A program made the position numbers and the translations under genes. Of a DNA stretch of 62,260 nucleotides, positions 19,063 to 29,599 are shown in pieces. The stretch's first letter is position 1, and each line of letters begins with the position of its first letter. The notes under the pieces are model-generated. The model saw only the letters and a program-made list of their open reading frames with translations. It searched no databases and was not told where the DNA came from. This stretch comes from an uncultured delta proteobacterium (lineage in GTDB: Bacteria; Desulfobacterota; Binatia; UBA9968). The stretch lies in the NCBI GenBank assembly GCA_963755715.1, contig CAVWLW010000012.1:1-62260 (forward strand), written 5' to 3'.

Positions 19063-21351
19063 ATGTCAGCAGTGGGTGTAAGTCTCAGTCGCATCGATGG
19101 CGCCGAGAAAGTCGCAGGCCAGGCGGTTTACGCGGGCGATCTTCGATTACCGGGGATGGCGTACGCCAAAGTGCTGCGCAGCCCGGTGCCCCATGCGCGG
19201 ATTCGCCACATCGATTCTAGTCAGGCGAGGGCGCTGCCGGGTGTGCTCGGAGTTCTGACCCGCGACAATTTGAATCTTGCCAGCAATTCCTTTGGCGCTT
19301 ACGTCAGAGACCAACAGATCATCGCCAGTGAAAAAGTTCGTTACGTCGGTGACATGGTTGCCGCGGTCGCCGCCACGGATCCCGGCATTGCCGCAGACGC
19401 GGTGGAACTGATCCAGGTCGAGTACGATGAACTTCCCGCGGTATTCACGTTTGAAGACGCGCTGAAAGCCGGCGCTCCGCTGGTGCACGAGAAGCTCGAC
19501 AACCGCAAGGATCCCGGCTACGGCCGGGGCGGCAAGCACATCGTCCACGATCAGAGCAACATTTGTTTCCATTTTCGCCACGAGCGCGGCGATATCGAAC
19601 ATGGGTTTCAGGATTCCGATCAAATCTTCGAAGACAGTTTTTATTTTCCCAGCGCACAGCACTATCCGATGGAGCCGCACGTCTGCGTGGCGCAGTTCGA
19701 AGGCGATGTCCTCACCGTGTGGAGCGCGACCCAAAGCCCGTTTCCGGTGCGACAAGAACTCGCGCGCGTCTTCGGTTTGCCGTTCAGCGCGGTGCGCGTG
19801 ATCGTTCCCTACGTCGGCGGCGGTTACGGCGCCAAGAGCGGCATCAAGACGGAAGGCATCGCGGCATGTCTCTCGCGCATGATCGGCCGTCCCGTAAAGT
19901 TGGCGTTCGGCGCCGACGAGACGTTTAGAACGATTTGCCAGCCGCGAGCCAAGATCACGATCAAGACCGGTATCAAAAAAGACGGCACGTTCGTCGCGCG
20001 CCACTGCGAGGTTTATTTAAACGGCGGCGCTTACGCCAACTCCGGCCCGTCGGTGACCGAAAAAGCGGGCTATCGCGCGCATGGTCCGTACCGGATTCCG
20101 CATCTCCTGACCAACGCTTACTCGGTTTATACCAATACGGTTCCCGCCGGCGCGTTTCGCGGCTTCGGCGGACCACAGGTGGCGTTCGCTTACGAGACGC
20201 ACATCGACATGATCGCCGAGCGGCTCGGCATCGATCCGTTCGAAATTAGAATGAAAAACCTGCTCGACAAGGGCGAGAGCTTTTCCAACGGTGACACGCC
20301 CATCGATTGCGATCTCAAGGCCGGCTTAAAGAGCGTCGCGCAAGCGATCGGCTGGGATGCGCAGCCGAATGGCCAACAGAATGCCGGATCGAGAAAATGC
20401 GGGATCGGCATTGCTACGGCGATGAAAGACGGCGGCGGCACCAACAAGCCGGCAAACGCCGCGGTGACGATTTTCAACGACGGCAGCGTGCTGCTTTCGA
20501 CGGGCTCCGTCGAAGTCGGCCAAGGCATGCGTACGGCCTTTTTGCAGGTCGTCGCCGAGGAATTGTCGGTGCCGACGGACGAAGTGCGCGTGGCCGCTTT
20601 GGATACGCACTCCACACCGTTCGATAAAGGCACCAACGCGAGCAGCGCGACCTCGATCATGGGACAAGCCGTGCAAAAAGCCGCGCGCGACGCGCGCCGG
20701 CAGTTTCTTGAAGCGGCGAGCGCAGTCTTAAAAGCGCCAGCTGGGGCAATTCGCTTGGAGAACGGTATGGCCACGTATGGCGAGCAAAAGCTCAGCTTTC
20801 GCGAAGTCATGCAGCGACACTTCCGCGACTCGGAAGGAGAGATCTGGGGTCGCGGTTATTTCAAGATCGGCAAGGACGAGAATGTTCCGCTCGGCTATCC
20901 CTCGCCGTTCTGGGAAATCGGTTTCGGCGCGGCGGAAGTGGAAGTCGATACTGAAACCGGTGAGGTGAAAGTTTTGCGCTACGTGTCTCTGACCGACGCT
21001 GGGAAAATGATCAATCCACTGCAATGCCATGCGCAAGACGAGGGTGCGGCGGTCTTCGGTCTCGGTCAGGCGTTGTTCGAAGATCTCGTTTATCAGAACG
21101 GTCAGCTCGTCAATGGCAGCCTCATCGATTATCGGCTGCCGACGTTCATGGACGTTCCGCCGATATTCAAAACTTTCATCATGGAAGGCGATGGCGGCCC
21201 GGGTCCATACGGTGCCAAGGGAATGGGCGAGGGCGGCATTCTCCCGGTGGCGCCGGCAGTGGGGAATGCGGTGTTTGCGGCCGTCGGCAAACGTTTGCTC
21301 GGGGTGCCGTTGACGCCGGGCATCGTTTGGCAGGCGATCAGCAAGAGCTGA
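19063..21351 (+). CDS. Xanthine dehydrogenase-family molybdopterin-binding large subunit A
   Basis: RIDG.EKV.G, VLRSPVPHA, VPYVGGGYGAK, AFRGFGGPQ, GPYGAKGMGEGG. Confidence 0.95.
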   Translation: MSAVGVSLSRIDGAEKVAGQAVYAGDLRLPGMAYAKVLRSPVPHARIRHIDSSQARALPGVLGVLTRDNLNLASNSFGAYVRDQQIIASEKVRYVGDMVAAVAATDPGIAADAVELIQVEYDELPAVFTFEDALKAGAPLVHEKLDNRKDPGYGRGGKHIVHDQSNICFHFRHERGDIEHGFQDSDQIFEDSFYFPSAQHYPMEPHVCVAQFEGDVLTVWSATQSPFPVRQELARVFGLPFSAVRVIVPYVGGGYGAKSGIKTEGIAACLSRMIGRPVKLAFGADETFRTICQPRAKITIKTGIKKDGTFVARHCEVYLNGGAYANSGPSVTEKAGYRAHGPYRIPHLLTNAYSVYTNTVPAGAFRGFGGPQVAFAYETHIDMIAERLGIDPFEIRMKNLLDKGESFSNGDTPIDCDLKAGLKSVAQAIGWDAQPNGQQNAGSRKCGIGIATAMKDGGGTNKPANAAVTIFNDGSVLLSTGSVEVGQGMRTAFLQVVAEELSVPTDEVRVAALDTHSTPFDKGTNASSATSIMGQAVQKAARDARRQFLEAASAVLKAPAGAIRLENGMATYGEQKLSFREVMQRHFRDSEGEIWGRGYFKIGKDENVPLGYPSPFWEIGFGAAEVEVDTETGEVKVLRYVSLTDAGKMINPLQCHAQDEGAAVFGLGQALFEDLVYQNGQLVNGSLIDYRLPTFMDVPPIFKTFIMEGDGGPGPYGAKGMGEGGILPVAPAVGNAVFAAVGKRLLGVPLTPGIVWQAISKS

Positions 21352-21387
21352 AGAGGTAATACAATTCAATTTCATAATTATTTGTTT

Positions 21388-21443
21388 GTAGGGGCGACCC
21401 CCTGTGGTCGCCCGAACGAAAGCACGCACAGGGCGTACCCTAC
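21388..21443. repeat. REP-like element GTAGGGGCG...CCCTAC
   Basis: Hairpin GGGCGACC..GGTCGCCC; same family as 23801 and 44807. Confidence 0.8.
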
Positions 21444-21453
21444 AGTGATCGAA

Positions 21454-23772
21454 ATGCAATCCAAAATCGAAAATCCAAAACCGATCCTGAGCAAAGTCGA
21501 AGGATCCAAAATTCCAGACACGCATGCGCCGCGCATCGACTTGAAAGATAAGGTCACCGGTCGGGCGCAATACGTCGAAGATCTGCCGGACCTGCCGAAC
21601 ACCGCCTACGGCGCAACGCTGCTGAGCCCCTACTCCCACGCAAGAATTCTGAGCATCGATTCCAGCGAAGCATTAAAAATGCCCGGCGTCTTGGGCATTG
21701 TCGATCGGGAGCATCTCGATGGTGCGAACCCCAGGTTAAAAGTGACGCCGCACGAGCATTTAAAAATCGCCGACGATCAGGATTTTGTCGCCATCGATAA
21801 AGTGCGCTTTGACGGCGATCTCGTCGCGGTTATCGTCGCCGAAGATCTGCGCAGCGCGGAGCGCGCGCTGAAAAAAATCCACGTCGAGTATGAGCCGCTG
21901 CCGGCGGTTTTCGACGCTATCGAAGCGCTGGCGCCCGGCGCGCCGATCCTGCACGAGGAGCGCGGCAGCAATCTGTTGGTGGAAGATAGCTTGACCTGGG
22001 GTGACATCGACGAGGGCTTCCGCCAAGCGGAGCGCATCTTCGAAGAAACCTACTCGTCGCCGTCGATGTTTCATCATCCGATGGAATCGATCGGCGGCTG
22101 TCTGGTGCACTACGTGAACGGCGAAGTGAATGTCTGGTTGCCGACCAGCTCGCCGACGCGCGATGCGGCGGAGTTCGCGCACTTTCTCGGTCTGGAACCG
22201 GACAAGGTGCGTCTCCGCGTGCCTTATGTCGGCGGCGGCTTCGGTGCGAAGATACCGACGACGGCGCACTTTGCGGCGCTGTTACTTTCACGCCGGCTCG
22301 GCCGGCCGGTGCGCTTAGTGCCTTCAGCGGAGTATAGCTTCCGGCAGAACTCGCGGCACGCCGAGGTATTCAAAGCCAGAGTCGGCGTGAAAGCGGATGG
22401 CACGATCACGGCGCTCGACGTCGATCTTATCGTCGACACCGGCGCGTACACCACCGGTGGCGCTACCGCGGCGCATAATTCCGTGATTTCCGCCTGGGGT
22501 TGCTATCGCATTCCGCATTTGCGCATCAAGGGCCGCTGCGTTTACACCAATAAAGTTCCCGCCGGCCACACCCGCGCCACGGGCAAGGTACAAACGACAT
22601 GGGGCATTGAGTGCACCATGGACTGCGTGGCGCGTCAGATGGGGATCGATCCCTACGAGTTTCGCAAGAAGAATGTTCTGCTGCGCGGCGATTTCGTTTG
22701 CAAAGGCACGCCGCGCATGGATACCGATTATCTCGACTTGATGGCGGAAGCGATCGCGGGCATCGGTTGGGACGGCAAATCAAACTTAAGATCGGGCAAT
22801 GAAACCGGCGGCTCGCGCTGGGCGCGTGGACGCGGCATGGCGTTGAGCTTGCGCCATGGATCACAAGGCGGCGGCCGAGCCTATGCGTTGGCGACGATGG
22901 ATGCGCGCGGAATCGTCACGATTCAACACAATGCGCCGGAAATCGGCCAGGGCACGCACAATCTATTCAGCGTAGTGGCGGCGCAAACCTTGGGCATTCC
23001 GCAGAGCCAGATTCAGGTGCGCACGCCGGACACGGCAGTGAATTTGCCGTTTGCCGGCGTCAGCGCCCAGCGCACAACCATGCAGATGGGCAACGCCGTA
23101 CAGAGCGCCTGCGGCAAGCTCAAGGAAGAGCTTTTTTCACTAGCGGCACAAGCGAAGGGCGGCAAGCCGGAAGAGTGGCAATTGATTGAAGGACGGCTTT
23201 GCTGGGCCGAAACCAGTTTTTCCATTGCTGAAATTATTCGGCTCATCGGCGGCGGGGTGGTTTTGAAAGCGATCGGCTACCATAGCGCGCCGGCCATGGT
23301 AAAGGACTCGGCCTTCGCCGGCATGGACCATTGGGCGCCGAGCGGCGCCGCCATCGACCTCGAAGTAAACCGTGACACTGGCGAGCTGCGCATTCTTGGC
23401 TATGCCGTGATCGCTGATGCGGGCAAAGCGATTCATTATCCTTCCGCCAAGGCACAAACGGACGGCGGCGCGGTGATGGGGTTCGGCCATGCGCTCTTCG
23501 AAGAGACGATCTATCAGGACGGGCAGTTTCAAAACGGCGACCCTTTCCAGTATCGCCTGCCGGTGATGAAAGATATTCCAGAAAATTTTTACTCCTCGAT
23601 GCTGGAGAAAGGCGACGGTCCGGGGCCCTTCGGTTCCAAAGGCATGGCGCAAACTTCGATCGTGACCGTCGGGCCCGCCATCGGCAATGCCGTGTATGAT
23701 GCGCTCGGCGTGCGCATCCGGTCTCTGCCGATCACGCCGGAAAAAATTCTCCGGGCGATGGGAAAAATCTGA
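21454..23772 (+). CDS. Xanthine dehydrogenase-family molybdopterin-binding large subunit B (divergent active site)
   Basis: PRID..DKVTG, LLSPYSHA, VPYVGGGFGAK, HTRATGKVQ, GPFGSKGMAQTS. Confidence 0.9.
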   Translation: MQSKIENPKPILSKVEGSKIPDTHAPRIDLKDKVTGRAQYVEDLPDLPNTAYGATLLSPYSHARILSIDSSEALKMPGVLGIVDREHLDGANPRLKVTPHEHLKIADDQDFVAIDKVRFDGDLVAVIVAEDLRSAERALKKIHVEYEPLPAVFDAIEALAPGAPILHEERGSNLLVEDSLTWGDIDEGFRQAERIFEETYSSPSMFHHPMESIGGCLVHYVNGEVNVWLPTSSPTRDAAEFAHFLGLEPDKVRLRVPYVGGGFGAKIPTTAHFAALLLSRRLGRPVRLVPSAEYSFRQNSRHAEVFKARVGVKADGTITALDVDLIVDTGAYTTGGATAAHNSVISAWGCYRIPHLRIKGRCVYTNKVPAGHTRATGKVQTTWGIECTMDCVARQMGIDPYEFRKKNVLLRGDFVCKGTPRMDTDYLDLMAEAIAGIGWDGKSNLRSGNETGGSRWARGRGMALSLRHGSQGGGRAYALATMDARGIVTIQHNAPEIGQGTHNLFSVVAAQTLGIPQSQIQVRTPDTAVNLPFAGVSAQRTTMQMGNAVQSACGKLKEELFSLAAQAKGGKPEEWQLIEGRLCWAETSFSIAEIIRLIGGGVVLKAIGYHSAPAMVKDSAFAGMDHWAPSGAAIDLEVNRDTGELRILGYAVIADAGKAIHYPSAKAQTDGGAVMGFGHALFEETIYQDGQFQNGDPFQYRLPVMKDIPENFYSSMLEKGDGPGPFGSKGMAQTSIVTVGPAIGNAVYDALGVRIRSLPITPEKILRAMGKI

Positions 23773-23800
23773 GCATCAAATCGGCAAACGGCTGATGGCC

Positions 23801-23857
23801 GTAGGGGCGGGCCCCGTGCCTGCCCGTTCTGGGGCAACCACAGGGGGTTGCCCCTAC
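23801..23857. repeat. REP-like doublet GTAGGGGCG...GCCCCTAC
   Basis: Two hairpins inside inverted GTAGGGGC/GCCCCTAC ends. Confidence 0.85.
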
Positions 23858-23883
23858 ACAAAAGACTAGATGGCGAGATACGA

Positions 23884-24748
23884 ATGATCGGATCACTTGA
23901 GCTTTTCCAGCCGACGACCGTGCAAGAGGCTTCTCAAGCGCTCGCGGAGCTCGGCGACAAGGCCAAAATCTATGCTGGCGGCGCTGAGTTGCTGTTGCTG
24001 CTGCGTAACGGGTTACTGCAATCGGAAGTGTTAGTCGACGTCAAGAGAATCGAGCGGCTGCATCGACTTGAAATGGACAATGGTGTGCTGCGGATCGGCG
24101 CTTGCGTCACGCACCACGCGTTGGAAAACAGCGCGCTTGTGCGCGAGCATGCGCCGGCGTTGGCTTACGCCGAATCGCAGGTCGCGAACGTGCGCGTCAG
24201 AAATCAGGGAACCCTCGGCGGCAATCTCGCTTTCAACGATCCTCACTCTGATCCCGGAACCGTCTTGCTCATTCATAACGCTTCGGCTTGCCACCGGAAA
24301 CCAAAACAGCGAACGGCGCGTGGCGCTCAGCGACTTTTTCGTGGATATGTACGCGACGGCTCTCGAAGCGGGCGACCTTCTCCTTGAGGTCGAAATTCCC
24401 CGGTTGCCTGCGGGTATGAAAAGCGTCTATCAGCGGCTGCATCGTTATCAACGCCCGACCCTCGGCGTGGCGGTTGGCGCAGCTATGAGAAACGGCGTGA
24501 TCGAAGAAGCGCGATTGGCAGTCGGCTGCGTCGGGCCGAAAGCCGAGCGCTTGACTGAGCTTGAGCTCAAAATTAGCGGCGCAAAACTGAACGACGCCAG
24601 GCGCATTCTGAGCGAGGAAACAAAATATCTGCGCGCTTTGCTGCGTCCGGTGGATGATCTTTTGGGCAGCGCGGACTACAAGCTGTACATGACTGGCGTC
24701 ATGCTGGCAGATGCGCTGGAGCAGGCGGGGCAAAATGGCAACGGCTAG
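23884..24748 (+). CDS. FAD-binding medium subunit (CoxM/XdhB-like), frameshift at ~24290
   Basis: YAGGAELL, VANVRVRNQGTLGGNLAFNDPHSD, EARLAVGCV, PVDDLLGSADYK. Confidence 0.9.
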
Positions 24749-25229
24749 CGATCTTAAAAAGACTTTTAACGTATCTCTAACAGTGAACGGCGAACCTTGG
24801 TCGGGCGAAGTGCCGATCGAAGAAACTCTGTTGGAGCTTCTCCGTAACCGGCTGCATCTCACCGGGACGAAGCGCTCCTGCGAATCCGAAGTGTGCGGCG
24901 CCTGCACGGTGCTGGTCGACAACCGGCCGATGAGCTCGTGCAACTATCTGGCGTTCGAGGCGCACAAAAAATCCGTGATCACCATCGAAGGCGTTGCGCT
25001 CGGCGACGAACTAGATCCGCTCCAAGAAGCCTTTATCCGCAATATCGGCGCGCAGTGCGGTTACTGCACGCCGGGGCAAATCATGGCGGCGAAGGCGCTG
25101 TTGATTGAAAATCCGCATCCCACCCGCGAACAGATTGCCGAATGGCTCAGCGGCAACATTTGCCGCTGTGGCGCCTACGGCGCCATCGCGCAATCGATTC
25201 TCGAAGCTGCTCAAGAATACCAGAAGTGA
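24735..25229 (+). CDS. (2Fe-2S)-binding small subunit (CoxS-like)
   Basis: GTKRSCESEVCGACTVL, QCGYCTPG, GNICRCG. Confidence 0.95.
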   Translation: MATASDLKKTFNVSLTVNGEPWSGEVPIEETLLELLRNRLHLTGTKRSCESEVCGACTVLVDNRPMSSCNYLAFEAHKKSVITIEGVALGDELDPLQEAFIRNIGAQCGYCTPGQIMAAKALLIENPHPTREQIAEWLSGNICRCGAYGAIAQSILEAAQEYQK

Positions 25230-25245
25230 AAGGCTTCCTTCCCTG

Positions 25246-26215
25246 ATGAAAAATTTGGTTCTCGCGGTGTTGGCTCTCGTTGCATTGGTCGGCGCGCCGC
25301 CTAGTTGGGCGATAGCCGCCGATAAGATTCGTATTTCCGTGACCAATTTTAACATGAGTTTTTTGCCGTCGGGATTGGCGGTTAAACGAGGCTTTTTCCG
25401 AGAGGAAGGATTGGAAGCCGAAGTCATTCGCATGAACGGTAACGTGGCGATCACAGCGCTCGCGAGCGGCGACACGGATTACACCATGATCTTCGGCTCA
25501 GTCGTGCGTGCCGCGATCCGAGGTTTGCCCATGAAAGTCGTCGCCAGCTTGATCGATGGCTCGACGCATGCGCTCATCACGCGGTCCGATTTCAAATCCG
25601 CGAGGGATCTCAAAGGGAAAACGCTCGGCATTCAAGCGTATGGCGCTACCGACCACGTCGCGGCGACGATGATGTTCAAGCACTTTGGCGTCGACGCGGA
25701 AAAAGAAATTAAGGTCGTTGCATTGGGACCCGCCGCCGCTCGGCTATCTGCATTGAAAGAGGGCATAGTGGAAGCGGCGGTGATATCGCCGCCGGCCGAC
25801 GAAGAAGCGAGAAAGCTCGGGTTTAACATAATCGCGCGAGCCTACGAGCTTTTCAGATTTCCTTTCGTCGGATTAGGGACGCATACGCGGAAAATCAAAG
25901 AACGGCCCGATGAGGTTAAACGAACGATTAAGGCATTGATCAAGGCAAATCGTTTCATCCGCCAGAACCGCGAAGGCACGATCGAGACGCTGGTAGACTG
26001 GGGCCGGACCACGCCGGCGCTGGCGGCGACCGCGTACGATTCCGCGTTCAAAGTTTATAATCTCGATGGGAGCATCCCGGAGGACGGTCTCCTCACGGTC
26101 ATCGATCAGGCGATCAAGGAAACTAAGCTGACGCGCCAAGTTGCGATGAGTGGAGGTGGCCGATACGACCTTGCTCCGGGAAGCGCAGAAAGAGCTGGGG
26201 ATCAAAGGACGATGA
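25246..26215 (+). CDS. ABC substrate-binding protein, NMT1/SsuA-like (frameshift near end)
   Basis: GFFREEGLE; true end LREAQKELGIKGR-TGA overlaps next ATG at 26212. Confidence 0.85.
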
Positions 26216-27192
26216 CAAAAATCAAAACCCGACTAGGAATATCCGCTCCGCTCTTTATTCTAGTCGCTTGGTTTCTCGGCGAGGTCGCCAATGCCGCCGA
26301 CAAGGTCAGAATCTCGGTATCGAGCTTGGATGTGGCTTTCTTCACACCTGCCGTGGCGCTCAAGCGCGGCTTTTTCAAAGAAGAAGACATCGACGCGGAA
26401 GTCATCCGCATGAACGCCAATATCTCGGTGACGGCGCTGGCCACCGGAGACATCGATTACACGACAATCTTCGGCTCGGTGGTGCGCGCGGCGATACGCG
26501 GTTTGCCGGTCAGAGTCGTGGCGAGTTTTCTCGACAGCCCGACGCAGATGCTGTTTGCTCGTCAGGAGTTCAAGTCCGTCAAGGAACTCAAAGGCAAAAC
26601 TCTCGGCGTGAGCACCTTCGGCGCCACCGCCGATGTGGCGGCGCGAATGATGCTCAGGTATTCAGGCGTCGATCCCGAAAAGGACATGAAAATAATCGCT
26701 CTGGGCGCCGATCAAGCACGCTTTACCGCACTGAAGGAAGGCATCGTCGATGTTATCGTGATCTCGCCGCCTGCAGATGTGGAAGGGCGAAAGTTCGGCT
26801 TGCGCGTGTTGGCCAGAGCTTACGAGCTGTTCAACTTTCCGTTCGTCGGCTTGGGAGCCAACGTCAAGAAACTCAGCGATAAGCCCGACGAGGTCAAAAG
26901 AGTCATTAAAGCGCTGATCAAGGCCAATCGTTACATTCGCAGCAACCGTGACGGCTCGATCCAGACGCTGATGGAATGGGGTCGAACGTCGAAAGAAAAT
27001 GCCAGCCTGTCTTATGATGCCGTAGTCCGAGTGTTCAATGCCGACGGGAGCATTCCCGACGACGGCCTGCAAGCGGTGATCGAAGCAGCGGTAAAGGAAG
27101 CGAAAATAACCCGGCAGGTTTTGGCCGGCGAGGTTGCCGATTTGACTCTCGTGCGCGAAGCGCAAAAGGATTTGGGGATTAAAGGAAGATGA
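26212..27192 (+). CDS. ABC substrate-binding protein, close tandem paralog of the preceding gene
   Basis: Shared blocks EVIRMN, FGSVVRAAIRGLP, ARAYELF.FPFVGLG, IKALIKANR, DGSIP.DG, LGIKGR. Confidence 0.9.
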   Translation: MTKIKTRLGISAPLFILVAWFLGEVANAADKVRISVSSLDVAFFTPAVALKRGFFKEEDIDAEVIRMNANISVTALATGDIDYTTIFGSVVRAAIRGLPVRVVASFLDSPTQMLFARQEFKSVKELKGKTLGVSTFGATADVAARMMLRYSGVDPEKDMKIIALGADQARFTALKEGIVDVIVISPPADVEGRKFGLRVLARAYELFNFPFVGLGANVKKLSDKPDEVKRVIKALIKANRYIRSNRDGSIQTLMEWGRTSKENASLSYDAVVRVFNADGSIPDDGLQAVIEAAVKEAKITRQVLAGEVADLTLVREAQKDLGIKGR

Positions 27193-28364
27193 TGTGTCGA
27201 TTGGATACTTTCATGGGATTGAAGCGACTACTACCTTCATCGCAAATAATAAAAAATGACCGCCAAAAATCCGTCATGCCGGCGACGGCCGGCAACCAGA
27301 CATTCAATCCAAGGACAAAATCACAGAACCTGGATTCCGGCGTGCGCCGGAATGACGGACGAAAGAATCGCGTTTCAGTCCTTACTATCCGAGATAAGCC
27401 GAGCGCGACATTGCTGTTCCTTTTAGTTTTTGGCCTGACGTTGGCACGCGCAGAAATCAGCGCGGCGCAAGGCTTGGAGAAAGTTCGTATCGGCATGCCC
27501 AGTCTATCGTTGAGTTTCATCGCGCCCCAGGTCGCTTATGCGAGGGGATTCTTTCGGGAAGAGGGCATCGATGCCGAGATTATCCGGATCGCCACCAACA
27601 TCGGGATCGTAGCAGTTACCACCAAAGAGATCGGTTATACGACGGCGGTGGGCGCCGGCCTGCGTAGCGCGGTCAAAGGGTTGCCGCTCAAAGTGGTTAT
27701 CTATTTCAATGGTCGCCCGCTCCACGTGCTGGTCGCCAAGCCCGAACTAAAGTCGTTGGTTGATCTGCGCCGCAAAGTGATCGGCTTCGCCGGCTACGGC
27801 GATTCCACTGAATTCATGCTGCGCGCGATGCTCCGGCAGGCGGGACTGGAATTGGAAAAGGACGTGCAGGCATTTCAGGTGTCGGGCAGTGGACAGAGGT
27901 TGCAGGCCTTGCTCACCGGGAAACTGGACGCGGCGATCGTGCCGCCGCCGTTTAATTTCGAGGCCGAAAGCAAAGGCTTTGTCCGTCTTATCACTGCCGC
28001 CGATGTTTTCGAGACCAGCGTCTCTGGCCTGGCAGTGCACGTCGACACGCTCAGAGACAAGCCGGCTCAGGTCAAGAGAATGTTGCGCGCGCTCTTGAAG
28101 GCGCAGAATTTTATAAGAAGCAACAAAACGGAAAGCGTGCGCGTGATCGCCGATTGGCTGAAGCTCGAACCGCGCATTGCCCAAGCTTCCTATGACATCT
28201 ACGTGAAAGGCATGAGCCTCAATGGCATCGTGCCGGAGCGAGTCTTGGAAAGCGACATCGAGCGCGCGCGCAAAGAACAGCAGGTGAAGGAAGCCGTGCC
28301 GGTGGGCAAAGTCGTCGATTTTGCCATGCTCAGAGAGGCGTTGAATGAGTTGGGGATGCGGTGA
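27189..28364 (+). CDS. ABC substrate-binding protein, NMT1/SsuA-like (start uncertain)
   Basis: KVRIGMPSLSLSF, GFFREEGID, LLTGKLDAA; the 5' extension contains a palindromic repeat. Confidence 0.8.
   Translation: MMCRLDTFMGLKRLLPSSQIIKNDRQKSVMPATAGNQTFNPRTKSQNLDSGVRRNDGRKNRVSVLTIRDKPSATLLFLLVFGLTLARAEISAAQGLEKVRIGMPSLSLSFIAPQVAYARGFFREEGIDAEIIRIATNIGIVAVTTKEIGYTTAVGAGLRSAVKGLPLKVVIYFNGRPLHVLVAKPELKSLVDLRRKVIGFAGYGDSTEFMLRAMLRQAGLELEKDVQAFQVSGSGQRLQALLTGKLDAAIVPPPFNFEAESKGFVRLITAADVFETSVSGLAVHVDTLRDKPAQVKRMLRALLKAQNFIRSNKTESVRVIADWLKLEPRIAQASYDIYVKGMSLNGIVPERVLESDIERARKEQQVKEAVPVGKVVDFAMLREALNELGMR
27270..27359. repeat. Palindromic repeat CGTCAT(G/T)CCGG...CCGGAATGACG
   Basis: TCCGTCATGCCGGCG..GCCGGC..CCAG / CTGGATTCCGGCG..CGCCGGAATGACGGA. 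Confidence 0.8.
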
Positions 28365-28399
28365 TGGTGATTATTTTTAGGCAAAGTTAGCGGTAAATA

Positions 28400-28499
28400 T
28401 CCCCCTTTGAAAAAAGGGGGATCAAGGGGGATTTGTTCATCGCGGAGGATCTGCAGGAGCGAAGAAAATCTCCCCTTGCCCCTCTTTTCCAAAGAGGGG
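28400..28499. repeat. Palindromic repeat CCCCCTTT..AAAGGGGG family
   Basis: CCCCCTTTGAAAAAAGGGGG..GGGGGATTT / AAATCTCCCC..CCCCTCTTTTCCAAAGAGGGG. Confidence 0.8.
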
Positions 28500-28527
28500 T
28501 TTCGGAGCGGAAGGGGAAACGGGTGTC

Positions 28528-29485
28528 ATGGTGAAAATTCTCGTTGTAGTTTTTTGTCTGCTGCTTGCATGGATTATCAATCCCCAGCAAAGCCTGGGCG
28601 CCGACCGTGTTCGCTTTGCTTATCCGGCGAAGAGCTTGAATTATTTGCCGATCACGATGGGCCGTGACAGAGGCATCTTTCAAGCCGAGGGCATCGATCT
28701 GCAGATGGTGCTCGTCGCTTCGACAATTCAGGTTACTGCGCTGACGACGGGCGATATTGATTTCTCCGGCGCGCAGTCGCAGGTGATGGCCGGCGCGGCG
28801 CGCGGTTTGCCGGTCAAAGTCATCGGCTTTCTTACCATTAAACCTTCCTTTTGGCTGATGGCGAGACCCGAGATCAAGGCGGTGGCCGAGCTCAAAAGCA
28901 AGATCGTTGGCATTACCGCCATCGGCTCTTCGACCGATACGCTCGCGCGTTATGTGTTGGCCAAGAACGGCTTGGCGCCGGATCGGGAAGTCGCATTGAT
29001 CGGCACCGGCACGACTTCGAATATCCTAACCGCGATGAAAGCCGGCACCATCGACGCCGGGGTGTTGTCGCCGCCGTTTAATGCTATGGCGACGCAAATG
29101 GGTTATCGTACGCTGGCTTATTTCGGCGATTACGTCGAGCAATCGCTGTCGGGGCTCGGAACGTCGGATAAACTTATCCGAGAGCGGTCGGATCTGGTGC
29201 GCAGAATGCTGACCGCTACGATCAAGAGCTTGAGGTTCATTCAGCAAAGGCCGACGGAGTCGATCCAATTCATTAGTAAAGAGTGGAGCGTCGATTCGGC
29301 TTCGGCCAGCGAGCTTTACAAATCCATGCTGCCCGGCTTTTTCCAAGGATGGCGGCATGGATGAAAAAGGCATTCGCGACGGGCTCAAGCGCGAGACCGA
29401 GCGCATGGCGCTCAAAGAGGAGACGCCGCTATCGCGCGTGCTGGATTTGCGGTTGCTTCGGGAAGTGCAGAAAGACTTTAAATAA
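28528..29485 (+). CDS. ABC substrate-binding protein, NMT1/SsuA-like (frameshift at ~29340)
   Basis: RVRFAYPAKSLNYLP, GIFQAEGID; C-terminus SKDGGM...VLDLRLLREVQKDFK. Confidence 0.85.
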
Positions 29486-29599
29486 GCGTTCCAGAGGTTT
29501 TTTGAAAGCGTTTCAGTCGTTCGTGTCCGAAAGAATTCAAATAGCCATTGAAACCTTTGGAGCGATTGAAACCATTGGAACCGAAGTCGTGGTGTAACC

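Noticed and set aside
25105-27192. 695-aa double binding-protein fusion in the ORF track
   Set aside because: A single extra base near 26150 joins two genes. The alternative frame gives LGIKGR-TGA overlapping the next ATG, and the second gene has its own signal peptide.
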